DNA of 51,462 bases. Origin: a virus. The position numbers were made by a program, and so were the translations under genes. Location of the stretch: the UHGV virus genome UHGV-0127437. One strand, 5' to 3'. The stretch's first letter is position 1. Every line of letters starts with the position of its first letter. This document shows positions 10,326 to 19,265 of the stretch, piece after piece. Below the pieces are notes generated by a model, which worked only from the letters and a program-made list of their open reading frames with translations, had not been told where the DNA came from and made no database searches.

Positions 10326-10702
10326 TTCCAGAACTCCACTTTAACGAAGCGGCGAACAAACTGTGCCACCGGCGTGAAAGAAACGTTGGATTTAGGGTTG
10401 CATTCGGCCACATGCAGACGGCCATTAAGCACCACGACAACGCCGACATGCGTAACAGTTGAGCCTGAATAGCAGGCAACACCCGCACCTTCACATGGCT
10501 CGCAGCGTTGTAGGGAAAGCATCAGTTTCCTCGCTTCTCGATTAAGCCCTCCACTATCTTTCGTCACTCCGGCGAAATCCGGCCACTCATGAAGCCCCAG
10601 ATCGCGACGCACCTCATTCACAATGCCGAAACAGTCAAGTTCAGGGTAAGCGCGACCGCCCTTCAGCCATCTGACCGAAAGGTATTTATCTTGATTGAAC
10701 AT
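10322..10702 (-). CDS. NlpC/P60-family tail tip protein (lambda K-like cysteine peptidase)
   Basis: 126 aa with a candidate catalytic Cys (ELDCFGIV) and His (VTHVGVVV). It sits between the minor tail proteins and the J-like gene. Confidence 0.65.
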   Translation of the reverse strand: MFNQDKYLSVRWLKGGRAYPELDCFGIVNEVRRDLGLHEWPDFAGVTKDSGGLNREARKLMLSLQRCEPCEGAGVACYSGSTVTHVGVVVVLNGRLHVAECNPKSNVSFTPVAQFVRRFVKVEFWK

Positions 10703-10711
10703 TGAAACTCC

Positions 10712-11200
10712 TTAGCTCATGTAACGAAGGCCAGGATAGAACGGGAGTGTGTAGCGATAGCGTGGCCAGGCAGTATCCAGCACATTCATGTATCCCGCGA
10801 TAATCTGCGCCTGTGTTGCAGTCCAGTACCCGTTTTTAACCGTCAGGGTATAAGGACGGTCTGCGGGCGCGGCTAAATCGTCAGATGTATATTGTCGGTA
10901 GGTCACCGTGGCGCCACGTAGATTTTCCAGCGCGCTACGCACGGATGTGGATGCTTCTCCTTTGATGTTTGAGACAGCAAACTGCAAGTCCTGCGTGCCG
11001 TCACTGTTCCGCGCCGGTAGCGCAACATCGATGGCGCTGGCGATGAATGTGACCTCTTCACCAGTTTCCGTCGTCGCTGTTATATTGTCGTAGCCATCGC
11101 AGAGATACATGACATCATCACCGATGTTGATCTGCAAAGTTTTGATAATGACCTCTTCACCGGAAGAGGCGTACAGTCGTTTTAAAGTCGGACTGGTCAT
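10712..11200 (-). CDS. Minor tail / tail tip assembly protein
   Basis: About 162 aa. The ATG at 11200 forms an ATGA overlap with the upstream stop (the track start 11212 is a GTG). It is the second gene after the tape measure. Confidence 0.55.
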   Translation of the reverse strand: MTSPTLKRLYASSGEEVIIKTLQINIGDDVMYLCDGYDNITATTETGEEVTFIASAIDVALPARNSDGTQDLQFAVSNIKGEASTSVRSALENLRGATVTYRQYTSDDLAAPADRPYTLTVKNGYWTATQAQIIAGYMNVLDTAWPRYRYTLPFYPGLRYMS

Positions 11201-11661
11201 GCTTCCGGCCACTCCCTGTTAAGTGCAATATCGATGATGCTGCTGTTGATGATGTAATCCGGGAACTCAGCCCAGCCATCGCCGAGGACGGGTCGAGTCC
11301 ACAGCTCAAGCGTCGCGGAGAACTGCCAGTAAATCGGGGCGACCAGCGTCGGCCCCTGATAGATGTCCGTAAACCGACATTTGTAGAGTTCAACGCCCAG
11401 CGGCGTTTGCAACCGCATAAAAAACCAGTCGGCGCCGTCAGTGATGGTTTCGTGATACCAGCCCTCAAAAAGCTGAGCCTGAGCATCGTTTTCGAAAAAC
11501 CACTGCACATTTGCCTGTGTCGGTGTCGAAATAAACGCGCGGCGCTGACGGGCGCGGCCGGTGGTCATTTCGGTGCGCTTTAACGGACTGACTGGCTGAA
11601 ATGCATAACCGTCCTGAAGCGGCATAGGGAGATAATCGTGAGGGTAGTATTTTTCAGCCAT
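11197..11661 (-). CDS. Minor tail (distal tail-like) protein
   Basis: 154-aa ORF immediately after the tape measure gene. Its start overlaps the tape measure stop. Confidence 0.55.
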   Translation of the reverse strand: MAEKYYPHDYLPMPLQDGYAFQPVSPLKRTEMTTGRARQRRAFISTPTQANVQWFFENDAQAQLFEGWYHETITDGADWFFMRLQTPLGVELYKCRFTDIYQGPTLVAPIYWQFSATLELWTRPVLGDGWAEFPDYIINSSIIDIALNREWPEA

Positions 11662-14600
11662 CAGGTCGTTCTCCTTCCGGTGTACGTTCCTCGCATTGCG
11701 TTACCCACTTTCCCGTTACCCCGGACAATCTGGTTCGCCACCTGATCAACTGCGTCCGTCGTCGCCTTTTTGGCGGTGTTGGCGAGAGACATATCCATCT
11801 GCTCAGGCGTTACACCCTGCTGAATATGGAAGTCCTGCTGAATCTGGGGGCTGAATACAGTTGAATTACTGTTGTTATTGACGTTCTGCGCCCCCGTACC
11901 GAAACCGGGCTTGCTCAGCGTTGCATCCAGAGAACCACCATTGCGCAGCGCCTCAAGGTTCGAGACGCCTATCCGGTTGGTTGCAGCCTGGTCAAAAACA
12001 TACTCGCCTTTATGCACTATCCCGGCGGGCTGGTATTTCCCTCCTGGGCCAGTGTAACCACCATTAGCGAAGCCTGCGCCAGCAGTCATGGCTGATGAAG
12101 CAGCGGCAACTGCCGCAATTAAAGGAGTGGTTGCGGCCTCTGCTGCGGCCATCGCAGCTGGAGCTATTGCCCATCCCGTAATAGGGATCGCAGCCGCAGA
12201 AGCATATGCGTTAATTGCTGCAATCTGTGACATTGCGGTTGCTTGTCCGATCATTGATGCAGACGCGCCAGCCGCTGCCGTTTTTCCTACAAGCAATTGA
12301 ACAGCCTGATACACCAGCCACTGCGCCGCCATCTTCGTCAGCGCATCAATAACAGCTTCACCCATTCCTGTTGCCATGTTTTTAAATCCATCACTCAAAC
12401 TTTCCGTTCCATGCACCATCGCTGAAAGATTGGATGAAATGGCGGTTTCAGTGGAGTTTAGAATTGATGTTGCTGCTGTAGTAACTGATTCATAAAGTGT
12501 TGGGACACTGTTCAGATATGACTGCAACCCATTTTGAACACCTAACTGCCAGTTACCATTCAGTTGATCCAACTGAGTGTAATAGGATTGCTGCATGGCA
12601 AGGCGCTGATTGAGAGCCTGCTGTAGAGCGGCGGTTTCCTGGTCGTATAAGTTTTGCGAGATCTGCCCGGTCGTTCTCTGATTGGTTAATTCGACCTGCT
12701 TTTTTTGGTACTCACTGACGATTTTTGTCAGTTCCTGCTGACGTTTCTGCTCCTGAGAAAGCACCGTGTTGCTATTAAGGCTATTTTGTAGCCCTGTAGC
12801 ATCATTTTGCAGACCAGAAGAAAGCGTATTTTTATACGCTGTCAACTTATCAACATCTTTACGGAGCGCTATCTCCTTTTCGATAGCTGCGTTTTTCTGC
12901 AATTGAGCAGTAATAGCCTCCTGATTAGCCAGTAGGGATTTCTGATCAGCAGTCAAAGTTTTCTTCGATTTAATATCAGAAAGTTGTTGCTCCCATTTAA
13001 TAAGAGCTTGTTGCGCAGAACCTATTTTCTCTGTTGTGTCGAACTGTGAGGTTAAAGTAACGTACTGCTGGTTTAACTGATCCAGCATCCTCACGCCAGC
13101 ATTCTCGGTATATGCTTTACCTTTAGGTGTTTTTGGGGTTTTGGGATCCTTGTATCTATCGTTGATATTTTTCCGTAAACGAGCCTCTTCTTCCTTGCTG
13201 ATTACTGCACCATCTTTAATTGCTTTGGTTAGCTTGTCCTGTTCCTTTTTTCTTTTCTGCTCATTAGACAACGTCTGCTCAGTAAGTGAATTAATAACTT
13301 TCTGGGCCTCAATACTTTTTTGCTGGCGTTGGTTGTATCCATCAATTGTATTGTTAATTACGTCCTGCGCCGTTTTTTCACTTTGCAGTGTAGATAACCG
13401 CTGTTTAAGCAAAGTTACCGCTTTTCGCTGCCGATCTAAATCATCAGATTTCCATGCACCATAGGGACCTGCATTAGCGGCCTGTCCACGCTCCAAATCA
13501 GCAAGCGATTTCTGTGCGCGTTCAAGCTCGCTGCTGGCATCCTGAATTTTTTGCTCTACGGATGCTTCACGACCAACATCAAGCATGGCATCCCACGCCC
13601 ATCCAGCAGCTTTAGCCAGTGAGTTCCATGCGGTTTCCAGATACCCCAGATTTTCCTTAATCTGATTGGAGCGCTGAATCATCGACGAAGAATATGCTTC
13701 GCTGGCAACGCGCGCGGCTTCCTGCTGATTCCCTTCATCCTGAAGAGCTTTAATCTGGTTGTATGTTGCCAACGTAAGGAAGTGATACTGGTCGTTCAGT
13801 TTGGTGATGGCATCCAGAGGGTCCGCGGCGATTTTGTTGAAATCGTCCACCAGTTTATCTGTCGCAATACCTGTGGCTTCGCTCGTTTTAACAACGGCAG
13901 TTGTCACGCGCTCCAGCGAATCACCGACCACCTTTCCAGACTCCACCAGTAAATTTAACGTCGATGCCGCTTTGCCAGTGGTAGAGTTCGCCGCCATACC
14001 AGCGCGCGCAGCAATATCCGCCAGTTGCCCCGATGTTTTCCCTACCTGATTACCCGTCAGGATAAGTGATTTATTGAAAGCGTCCTGCTCCTGCGTGCCT
14101 TTGTAGTACGCCACGCCCAGCACGCCGACCGCGGCAGCCGCCAGCGTGAAAGGATTGATCAGGCCCATCACATAGGAGCCAACCCCTTTAATCGCCGGGC
14201 CGATACCGCCGAACATGTCCTTTAACTGGCCTCCCTGCTGCATCAGCACCATAAACGGACTTTGCCCGGTAGACAGACCCACGACGATATCGGTCATCTG
14301 AGCGGGCAGTATGCGCATCGCAAAAGCGGTTTGCTTTGCTGACATGCCAGTATTTTTCAGTTGCTCTGAAAACCCGGTGAGACGATTACGAGCCTCTTCG
14401 ATTTTTTTCGAATAGACATCAAAGGTCTCATCGTCCAGCATGCCTTTCGACTTGAATTTCGCGAGTTGTTGCTGTTGTTTATCCAGTTTATTCAGAGCCG
14501 CGTTAACTGGATCAATGCGGTCAAGCAGTTCCGATAATGCGGAAGATTCTTCCTCGGTGGCTTTAGTCACCTTCCCGGCACTGGCCGCTGCTTTCTGCCC

Positions 14601-14702
14601 CCACTCGGTAAGCCCGTGAAGGGCGCTGGTCAGGCTTTCAGCATTTTTTTCTGCGCCGGTGCTGTCAATAATGACGGCGAGGCGGGATGTCTGTTCTGCC
14701 AT
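11661..14702 (-). CDS. Tail tape measure protein
   Basis: 1013 aa, with long Ala/Gln/Lys-rich coiled-coil stretches and Gly/Ala hydrophobic segments. It lies downstream of the G/GT chaperone pair. Confidence 0.9.
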   Translation of the reverse strand: MAEQTSRLAVIIDSTGAEKNAESLTSALHGLTEWGQKAAASAGKVTKATEEESSALSELLDRIDPVNAALNKLDKQQQQLAKFKSKGMLDDETFDVYSKKIEEARNRLTGFSEQLKNTGMSAKQTAFAMRILPAQMTDIVVGLSTGQSPFMVLMQQGGQLKDMFGGIGPAIKGVGSYVMGLINPFTLAAAAVGVLGVAYYKGTQEQDAFNKSLILTGNQVGKTSGQLADIAARAGMAANSTTGKAASTLNLLVESGKVVGDSLERVTTAVVKTSEATGIATDKLVDDFNKIAADPLDAITKLNDQYHFLTLATYNQIKALQDEGNQQEAARVASEAYSSSMIQRSNQIKENLGYLETAWNSLAKAAGWAWDAMLDVGREASVEQKIQDASSELERAQKSLADLERGQAANAGPYGAWKSDDLDRQRKAVTLLKQRLSTLQSEKTAQDVINNTIDGYNQRQQKSIEAQKVINSLTEQTLSNEQKRKKEQDKLTKAIKDGAVISKEEEARLRKNINDRYKDPKTPKTPKGKAYTENAGVRMLDQLNQQYVTLTSQFDTTEKIGSAQQALIKWEQQLSDIKSKKTLTADQKSLLANQEAITAQLQKNAAIEKEIALRKDVDKLTAYKNTLSSGLQNDATGLQNSLNSNTVLSQEQKRQQELTKIVSEYQKKQVELTNQRTTGQISQNLYDQETAALQQALNQRLAMQQSYYTQLDQLNGNWQLGVQNGLQSYLNSVPTLYESVTTAATSILNSTETAISSNLSAMVHGTESLSDGFKNMATGMGEAVIDALTKMAAQWLVYQAVQLLVGKTAAAGASASMIGQATAMSQIAAINAYASAAAIPITGWAIAPAAMAAAEAATTPLIAAVAAASSAMTAGAGFANGGYTGPGGKYQPAGIVHKGEYVFDQAATNRIGVSNLEALRNGGSLDATLSKPGFGTGAQNVNNNSNSTVFSPQIQQDFHIQQGVTPEQMDMSLANTAKKATTDAVDQVANQIVRGNGKVGNAMRGTYTGRRTT

Positions 14703-14741
14703 TGCGGTCTCCGGGCATAAAAATACCCGGACATACCGGGC

Positions 14742-15529
14742 TTATTGTTTCTGTTTGCCGTGTTTTTTCTGTTCCTGCGCCCACTGCTCACGCCATGCGT
14801 CATCGAGGGCAAATATCGCCGCGTCAAATTCATCACGATCAATGAGGACGGGACGTGCAGAAAGAAAGCGCTCAATATCATGAAGCGATATCGGCAGCGG
14901 CGCGCCAGCCATCCCGGCATATAGCCGGGAGCGGGAAATAACGGAGTAAGCGTTGAGAATTTCCCCTGTCACACCATCAATTTCAGGCTCTGGGATTGGC
15001 GGGAGTTTTAATTTCTCCCTTCGCCACTTTGCCTTTTCGCCCTGCTCCCCGCCGAACTCGCTCAGCCACTTCTGCGCTTCGATGGCTTTTTTACGGTTTC
15101 CTGCTTTTGCTGCTCTTTTCCCTGGGCGATGCTGGCGGCTTCAGCCAGAATTTGCCAGTAAATCGCTGGTTCCTGTTTCATAAGTGCAGCACCGCGTTCC
15201 GGCGTGTATTCGATCGGCACCTCTTCGCCATCAACAAGCTCACCAACACCCTTCCAGTCTTTCAGCAGGTAACGCGCGCAGTTATCGATCAGCAGGTCAT
15301 CAGCAGAGTCAATTTCCCCAACCGCTGACAAGCTAAATTCACTGGTTCCAACCTGGTAACTGGCATCCATCTTTTCAATATGGCGGCGGATAAGGGCATT
15401 ACGTGAGCGGTACTGGTCGTTATCAATGCTGCTGACGAGCAATTTCAGCCCTTCAATGGGTTTAAGGTCTTTCAGCGGTGTAAACCAGCGCTCGCCGCCA
15501 ACATCAATTCGTGGGTTTAGGATAATCAT
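14742..15529 (-). CDS. Tail assembly chaperone GT-like fusion, made by a predicted -1 programmed frameshift
   Basis: The downstream ORF (14742..14972 and its upstream extension) is in the -1 frame relative to G. I read it as open from both slippery sites through to 14742. Confidence 0.55.
15062..15529 (-). CDS. Tail assembly chaperone (G-like)
   Basis: The ATG at 15529 has GGAG 7 nt upstream. It sits between the major tail and tape measure genes and ends in a Lys/Gln-rich tail containing slippery heptamers. Confidence 0.7.
   Translation of the reverse strand: MIILNPRIDVGGERWFTPLKDLKPIEGLKLLVSSIDNDQYRSRNALIRRHIEKMDASYQVGTSEFSLSAVGEIDSADDLLIDNCARYLLKDWKGVGELVDGEEVPIEYTPERGAALMKQEPAIYWQILAEAASIAQGKEQQKQETVKKPSKRRSG
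15116..15122 (-). promoter_or_regulatory. -1 ribosomal slippery heptamer G_GGA_AAA. A second candidate, A_AAA_AAG, is at 15086..15092.
   Basis: The zero-frame codons cag-GGA-AAA-gag and gtA-AAA-AAG lie in the last 20 codons of the G-like ORF. Lambda G/GT uses GGGAAAG. Confidence 0.55.
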
Positions 15530-15545
15530 TCGAAACTCCTGCATG

Positions 15546-15581
15546 AAAAAAGCCCGCGCCGCCATGCAGAGCGGAACGGGC
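15546..15581 (-). terminator. Hairpin plus T-tract attenuator after the major tail gene
   Basis: On the minus strand: GCCCGttCCGC...GCGGcgCGGGC followed by TTTTTTC, between 15592 and 15529. Confidence 0.45.
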
Positions 15582-15591
15582 AAGGGAAATT

Positions 15592-16752
15592 TTATGGTTC
15601 AGTTACGGTAATGGTTGCCGTATCGGTAAAAGTGCGCGCCTTAGCGGTGATAGTTGCCGTTCCGGCCGCAACACCAGTAACGACGCCTGACGCACTAACT
15701 GTTGCCACTTCAGGATCGGATGACTCCCACGTAACAGTATCCGTTGCGCCTGCGGGAGCCAGCGTTGCAGTGAGGCTGGTTGTATCGCCCACATCAACGG
15801 AAGCTGTTTCCGGGGTTACCGTGATGCCGGTTGCTGGAATGGTAACGGCGCGGGTAATGGTCGGTGACTCGTCGGCCGCAGTGATATCCAGTTGAACCTG
15901 GATAATGTCGGTATTGCCCCCATCCGGCCAGTCGCCTGCGACCTGCACTTTCGGGAAGTTAAATGTGTATTGCCCTTCGTCATTCGCCAGCGTGAAACTG
16001 AATGGCACGGTTGCACCGGTAAGTGTTTTGCTCCAGACCTCCCACGCAGCTTTAGACCATGACAATGTGATCGAACCTGACGGCGTAAAGGTGGTTGGGA
16101 TATTAGCCCCGGCATAGGGTGAACCGGTGCCGATGCAACGCTGGGTCTGGACGTTGTTGTCGAACTGGATGTTGAAGGTATCAATACAGAAGCCATCACC
16201 ACCGTCGATTCCGTTCAGGTTTATCGCAGTGACCTCTTTGAACGAGTAACGCAGTTCTCCAGCATTATCTGCGGGAGTACCGGTGATGTAACTCGTATCA
16301 TCTGCTTTTGAGCCCCAGCCCAGCCCGGCGAATGTGACTGTCGCGGTAACGTCGCCATCATTCGGGACCTCTAACTGGAACACGCTTACCTGCGCGCCAC
16401 GAATAATAGAGGCAATGCCAACGTCCGAAGCGTATGTTGCGAGTGAGAAAGAGATACGGTCATTCCCCATCGTCAGCACGTTGCCCGCCCACTCCGCGCC
16501 AAAGCACGAAGCCAGGAAGTCATCATGCTGGCCGTAGCGGAACTTTGCCCCGACATCGCCACCTACATCGACCGTTCCCAGCGTAGCGCCCTGTGCCATT
16601 CGGGTACCGCCGATTTCGTCGTTGTCATTGGTATTCTGGGATGGACCAACGCCCCAGCTTGTACGCTTGAAAAGATTCCAGACGCCTGCAGGCGTAATTC
16701 CTGGAGTCGTCTCCCGGATAAAGGCCGAGAGTACCTTAGCGCCGCTCGACAT
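15592..16752 (-). CDS. Major tail protein with C-terminal Ig-like (Big_2-type) domain
   Basis: 386 aa. The C-terminal ~80 aa (ITVTPETASVDVGDTTSLTATLAPAGATDTVTWESSDPEVATVSASGVVTGVAAGTATITA) form a classic Big_2 pattern. Confidence 0.8.
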   Translation of the reverse strand: MSSGAKVLSAFIRETTPGITPAGVWNLFKRTSWGVGPSQNTNDNDEIGGTRMAQGATLGTVDVGGDVGAKFRYGQHDDFLASCFGAEWAGNVLTMGNDRISFSLATYASDVGIASIIRGAQVSVFQLEVPNDGDVTATVTFAGLGWGSKADDTSYITGTPADNAGELRYSFKEVTAINLNGIDGGDGFCIDTFNIQFDNNVQTQRCIGTGSPYAGANIPTTFTPSGSITLSWSKAAWEVWSKTLTGATVPFSFTLANDEGQYTFNFPKVQVAGDWPDGGNTDIIQVQLDITAADESPTITRAVTIPATGITVTPETASVDVGDTTSLTATLAPAGATDTVTWESSDPEVATVSASGVVTGVAAGTATITAKARTFTDTATITVTEP

Positions 16753-16778
16753 GCGGTCACCTCCATCGAAGTTAAGCG

Positions 16779-17171
16779 CTACAGAGCGCGGTAAGGGATT
16801 TGTAGATTGAACTGAGACCAGCCATCCGTTTCGCCAGCGGGAACAGCGGATACGGCGAAATAACTGAGTTTTCCGTCATCCTGGAATTCGAATAATTCAC
16901 GGAGTTTGTCTGCTGTTTGAGTGATAAGCAGAGAGCCAGAACCAACAGGGACGAAGATCTGAATGATGAGGACGCCGGTACGGTGAACAACCGGACCACC
17001 GCCGATTTCATTTGCTCCGGCCATGCCTGAAATGTTGGTGAAACGAGCCCAGATATCACGACCACTTGGATCAAATACGGGTCCGTTTGGATAATCCACG
17101 GCATCAGAGGCAATAGCCGTCTGCGCCGTCATGCGAGCAATGACAGCGTTACGAATTTCTGTGAGGGTCAT
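16779..17171 (-). CDS. Tail completion / tail terminator-like protein
   Basis: 130-aa ORF directly upstream of the major tail gene. The call rests on position and on general resemblance to tail-terminator families. Confidence 0.5.
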   Translation of the reverse strand: MTLTEIRNAVIARMTAQTAIASDAVDYPNGPVFDPSGRDIWARFTNISGMAGANEIGGGPVVHRTGVLIIQIFVPVGSGSLLITQTADKLRELFEFQDDGKLSYFAVSAVPAGETDGWSQFNLQIPYRAL

Positions 17172-17719
17172 TTGTAGGCCTGTGTTACACCATTAAATGA
17201 AACCGCATAAACGCCTGCCGGTGCCTGCTTTGAGTGCCCGTTTTCAAGCGGTACGGAATAAGGAAGGTTTGACTGGATGTAGATGACCGAATAACTTGGC
17301 GCCGCAAGAATTGTCGACGTCCCGTTATTTATGGTGTTTGCACCGTTCGGGTCTGGCTCGCTTGGCACGTAATTGCTTGGAGAGCCAATGCTAACAAAAT
17401 GCGATGCCCGAAAAGTTCCTGCTCGATATTCTGCGGGACGTTTTATATCCATGCTGTCATTGACGCGGGCTTTCCTTTTAAGCCGTCCTGTTTTTGTCAG
17501 ATTTTCGGGGTTAGAGAGCTGCGACTCATTCCACTCGCTTACCGCTTTGTTGTATTGAACTGCTGTCTGGTTTACAGCCCATATTTCAGGGTTACCGACC
17601 GGTGACCGAATAACGATCTCATTGAGCAACTGAATGGCTATAACGCGTTGCAGTTTTCCGACATCCTCTTCCACTTTGTCAGCGAACAATGCAGGGTCAA
17701 GACTCCAGGCCTTAGTCAT
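17168..17719 (-). CDS. Head-tail joining (HK97 gp10-like neck) protein
   Basis: The ATG at 17719 has GGAGAG 8 nt upstream. The C-terminal LPYSVPLENGHSKQAPAGV resembles the gp10-family motif. Confidence 0.5.
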   Translation of the reverse strand: MTKAWSLDPALFADKVEEDVGKLQRVIAIQLLNEIVIRSPVGNPEIWAVNQTAVQYNKAVSEWNESQLSNPENLTKTGRLKRKARVNDSMDIKRPAEYRAGTFRASHFVSIGSPSNYVPSEPDPNGANTINNGTSTILAAPSYSVIYIQSNLPYSVPLENGHSKQAPAGVYAVSFNGVTQAYK

Positions 17720-17918
17720 CCCATACTCTCCGCCACTTGCAAAGAATCCGTTCAGGCACGAACAGTACAGCAAAAATTAGCGGCCATAAAAGCACGGCGA
17801 TTACACCATAAGTAGCCTTAAGCCATACCGAGCCACCATCCCTGACGAGCAATACGGATACAAACTCGAAAAGACCGAGAGGCAGTCCGCAGATTAGATA
17901 AAGCAGAAGAAATTGCAT
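17712..17918 (-). CDS. Small hydrophobic protein with about three predicted TM segments, embedded in the head-tail connector cluster
   Basis: 68 aa (MQFLLLYLICGLPLGLFEFVSVLL...VIAVLLWPLIFAVLFV). GGAGG lies 5 nt upstream. Its start forms a TAATG overlap with the upstream stop, and its 3' end overlaps the next gene's start. Confidence 0.55.
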   Translation of the reverse strand: MQFLLLYLICGLPLGLFEFVSVLLVRDGGSVWLKATYGVIAVLLWPLIFAVLFVPERILCKWRRVWDD

Positions 17919-18331
17919 TACACCCTCCGCAACTGAATGGAATATGTTGCTTTCGCCGGATCGGTTCCTGCCGTAATGACTTTGTAGCGTTGCTGTTCGC
18001 CGGTAATCAGGTCTGGTGCAGTGATGATGTGATCGACTTTCGGTTCGTCGGTAACTTCATTCGTCAGCGCTGTTAATTTCAGGTCGCCGTGCAGGATATT
18101 GACGCCATCAATGCGGTTGAGGCTGTATTTCGACAGAACGCCACGCCCGGTGTAGGTCACTGTGGTTTCACCGCCTGTTTCCGTTACCGGGTCCCATCCG
18201 GTTTGGATGACGTAAGAGCCGGTAAAGTCGTTAACAGCGTCGGCAAGATCGTCATCGAACGCTGCGGCGATTTCGGTCTGAAGCTCGTCACGAATGCCCA
18301 TGATGGACACCATTGCATTGCCGGAACTCAA
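17918..18331 (-). CDS. Head-tail connector module protein
   Basis: 137-aa ORF in the connector cluster. The true start may be an internal Met (18313 or 18301), because the track start overlaps the upstream ORF by 44 nt. Confidence 0.45.
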   Translation of the reverse strand: MSSGNAMVSIMGIRDELQTEIAAAFDDDLADAVNDFTGSYVIQTGWDPVTETGGETTVTYTGRGVLSKYSLNRIDGVNILHGDLKLTALTNEVTDEPKVDHIITAPDLITGEQQRYKVITAGTDPAKATYSIQLRRV

Positions 18332-18539
18332 CAGTGACTACACCACGTAATTTTCGCGTATACACGTCGCCATTTCGTTTTGCCCGGAGTGGATGCGGAG
18401 CGAATTCGACAATCCCCTTTCTCTCATTCGCATAAACGACATGGTTTATTTGGTGCCCGTTCACGAATACATCGCGACGCCCACGGCCATCGCCGACGTA
18501 ATGAATGTGTGGATTGATTGGTTCGATGATGCTTATCAC
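18288..18539 (-). CDS. Hypothetical small structural-module protein
   Basis: 83-aa ORF filling the gap between connector genes on the same strand. Confidence 0.4.
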   Translation of the reverse strand: MISIIEPINPHIHYVGDGRGRRDVFVNGHQINHVVYANERKGIVEFAPHPLRAKRNGDVYTRKLRGVVTVEFRQCNGVHHGHS

Positions 18540-18540
18540 G

Positions 18541-18951
18541 TTACCCCCTCACCAGCCTGATTTGTGACTGATTGACGCCATATGGCTTGAGCATCGCCAT
18601 CGCCAGTTGCAGATCGGAATCAAGAAGCGCAGTGCTATTAACCGCAAGTTCAGCGAATGTCTTTGATACGCTCACGCCGTCAGCATCAACGGAATTGCTC
18701 AGCAAAGAACCAGAGTTTGTTTTCTGCTGATACAGCCCGCCATTTGCTGCCGCCTGCGCCGCATATGCGCCAGCCTGCTTCACGTCATCAGGGATAATGA
18801 TTTCGTGGGTATTTTTGTCACATGGTAATTTCAGGCCAAGACCATTCATCCAGGCGTTAGCCATCAGTACCGATTTTGATTTTTTACTGGCATCAGTCCA
18901 GTCAGCACCGAGTATCTGATCAACGTCCGCCACCGTGATGTAGGTGATCAT
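18541..18951 (-). CDS. Head-tail connector (gp6-like adaptor) protein
   Basis: 136 aa. Its N-terminus (MITYITVADVDQILG...) and its position two genes downstream of the capsid gene are typical of gp6-like adaptors. Confidence 0.45.
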   Translation of the reverse strand: MITYITVADVDQILGADWTDASKKSKSVLMANAWMNGLGLKLPCDKNTHEIIIPDDVKQAGAYAAQAAANGGLYQQKTNSGSLLSNSVDADGVSVSKTFAELAVNSTALLDSDLQLAMAMLKPYGVNQSQIRLVRG

Positions 18952-18954
18952 GAA

Positions 18955-19218
<264 letters not shown>

Positions 19219-19232
19219 AAGCCCTCCAAAGG

Positions 19233-19251
19233 AAAAGGGGCCGAAGCCCCT
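19233..19251 (-). terminator. Hairpin after the capsid gene (attenuator or mRNA stabiliser)
   Basis: On the minus strand: AAGGGGC-TTCG-GCCCCTT followed by a T-rich stretch, between the capsid stop and the next SD. Confidence 0.4.
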
Positions 19252-19265
19252 TGTGTGTGATGGTG

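Noticed and set aside
12088-12300. Ala-rich 70-aa plus-strand ORF, and others, inside the tape measure gene
   Set aside because: They are antisense artefacts of the Ala/Gly-rich region of the tape measure ORF.
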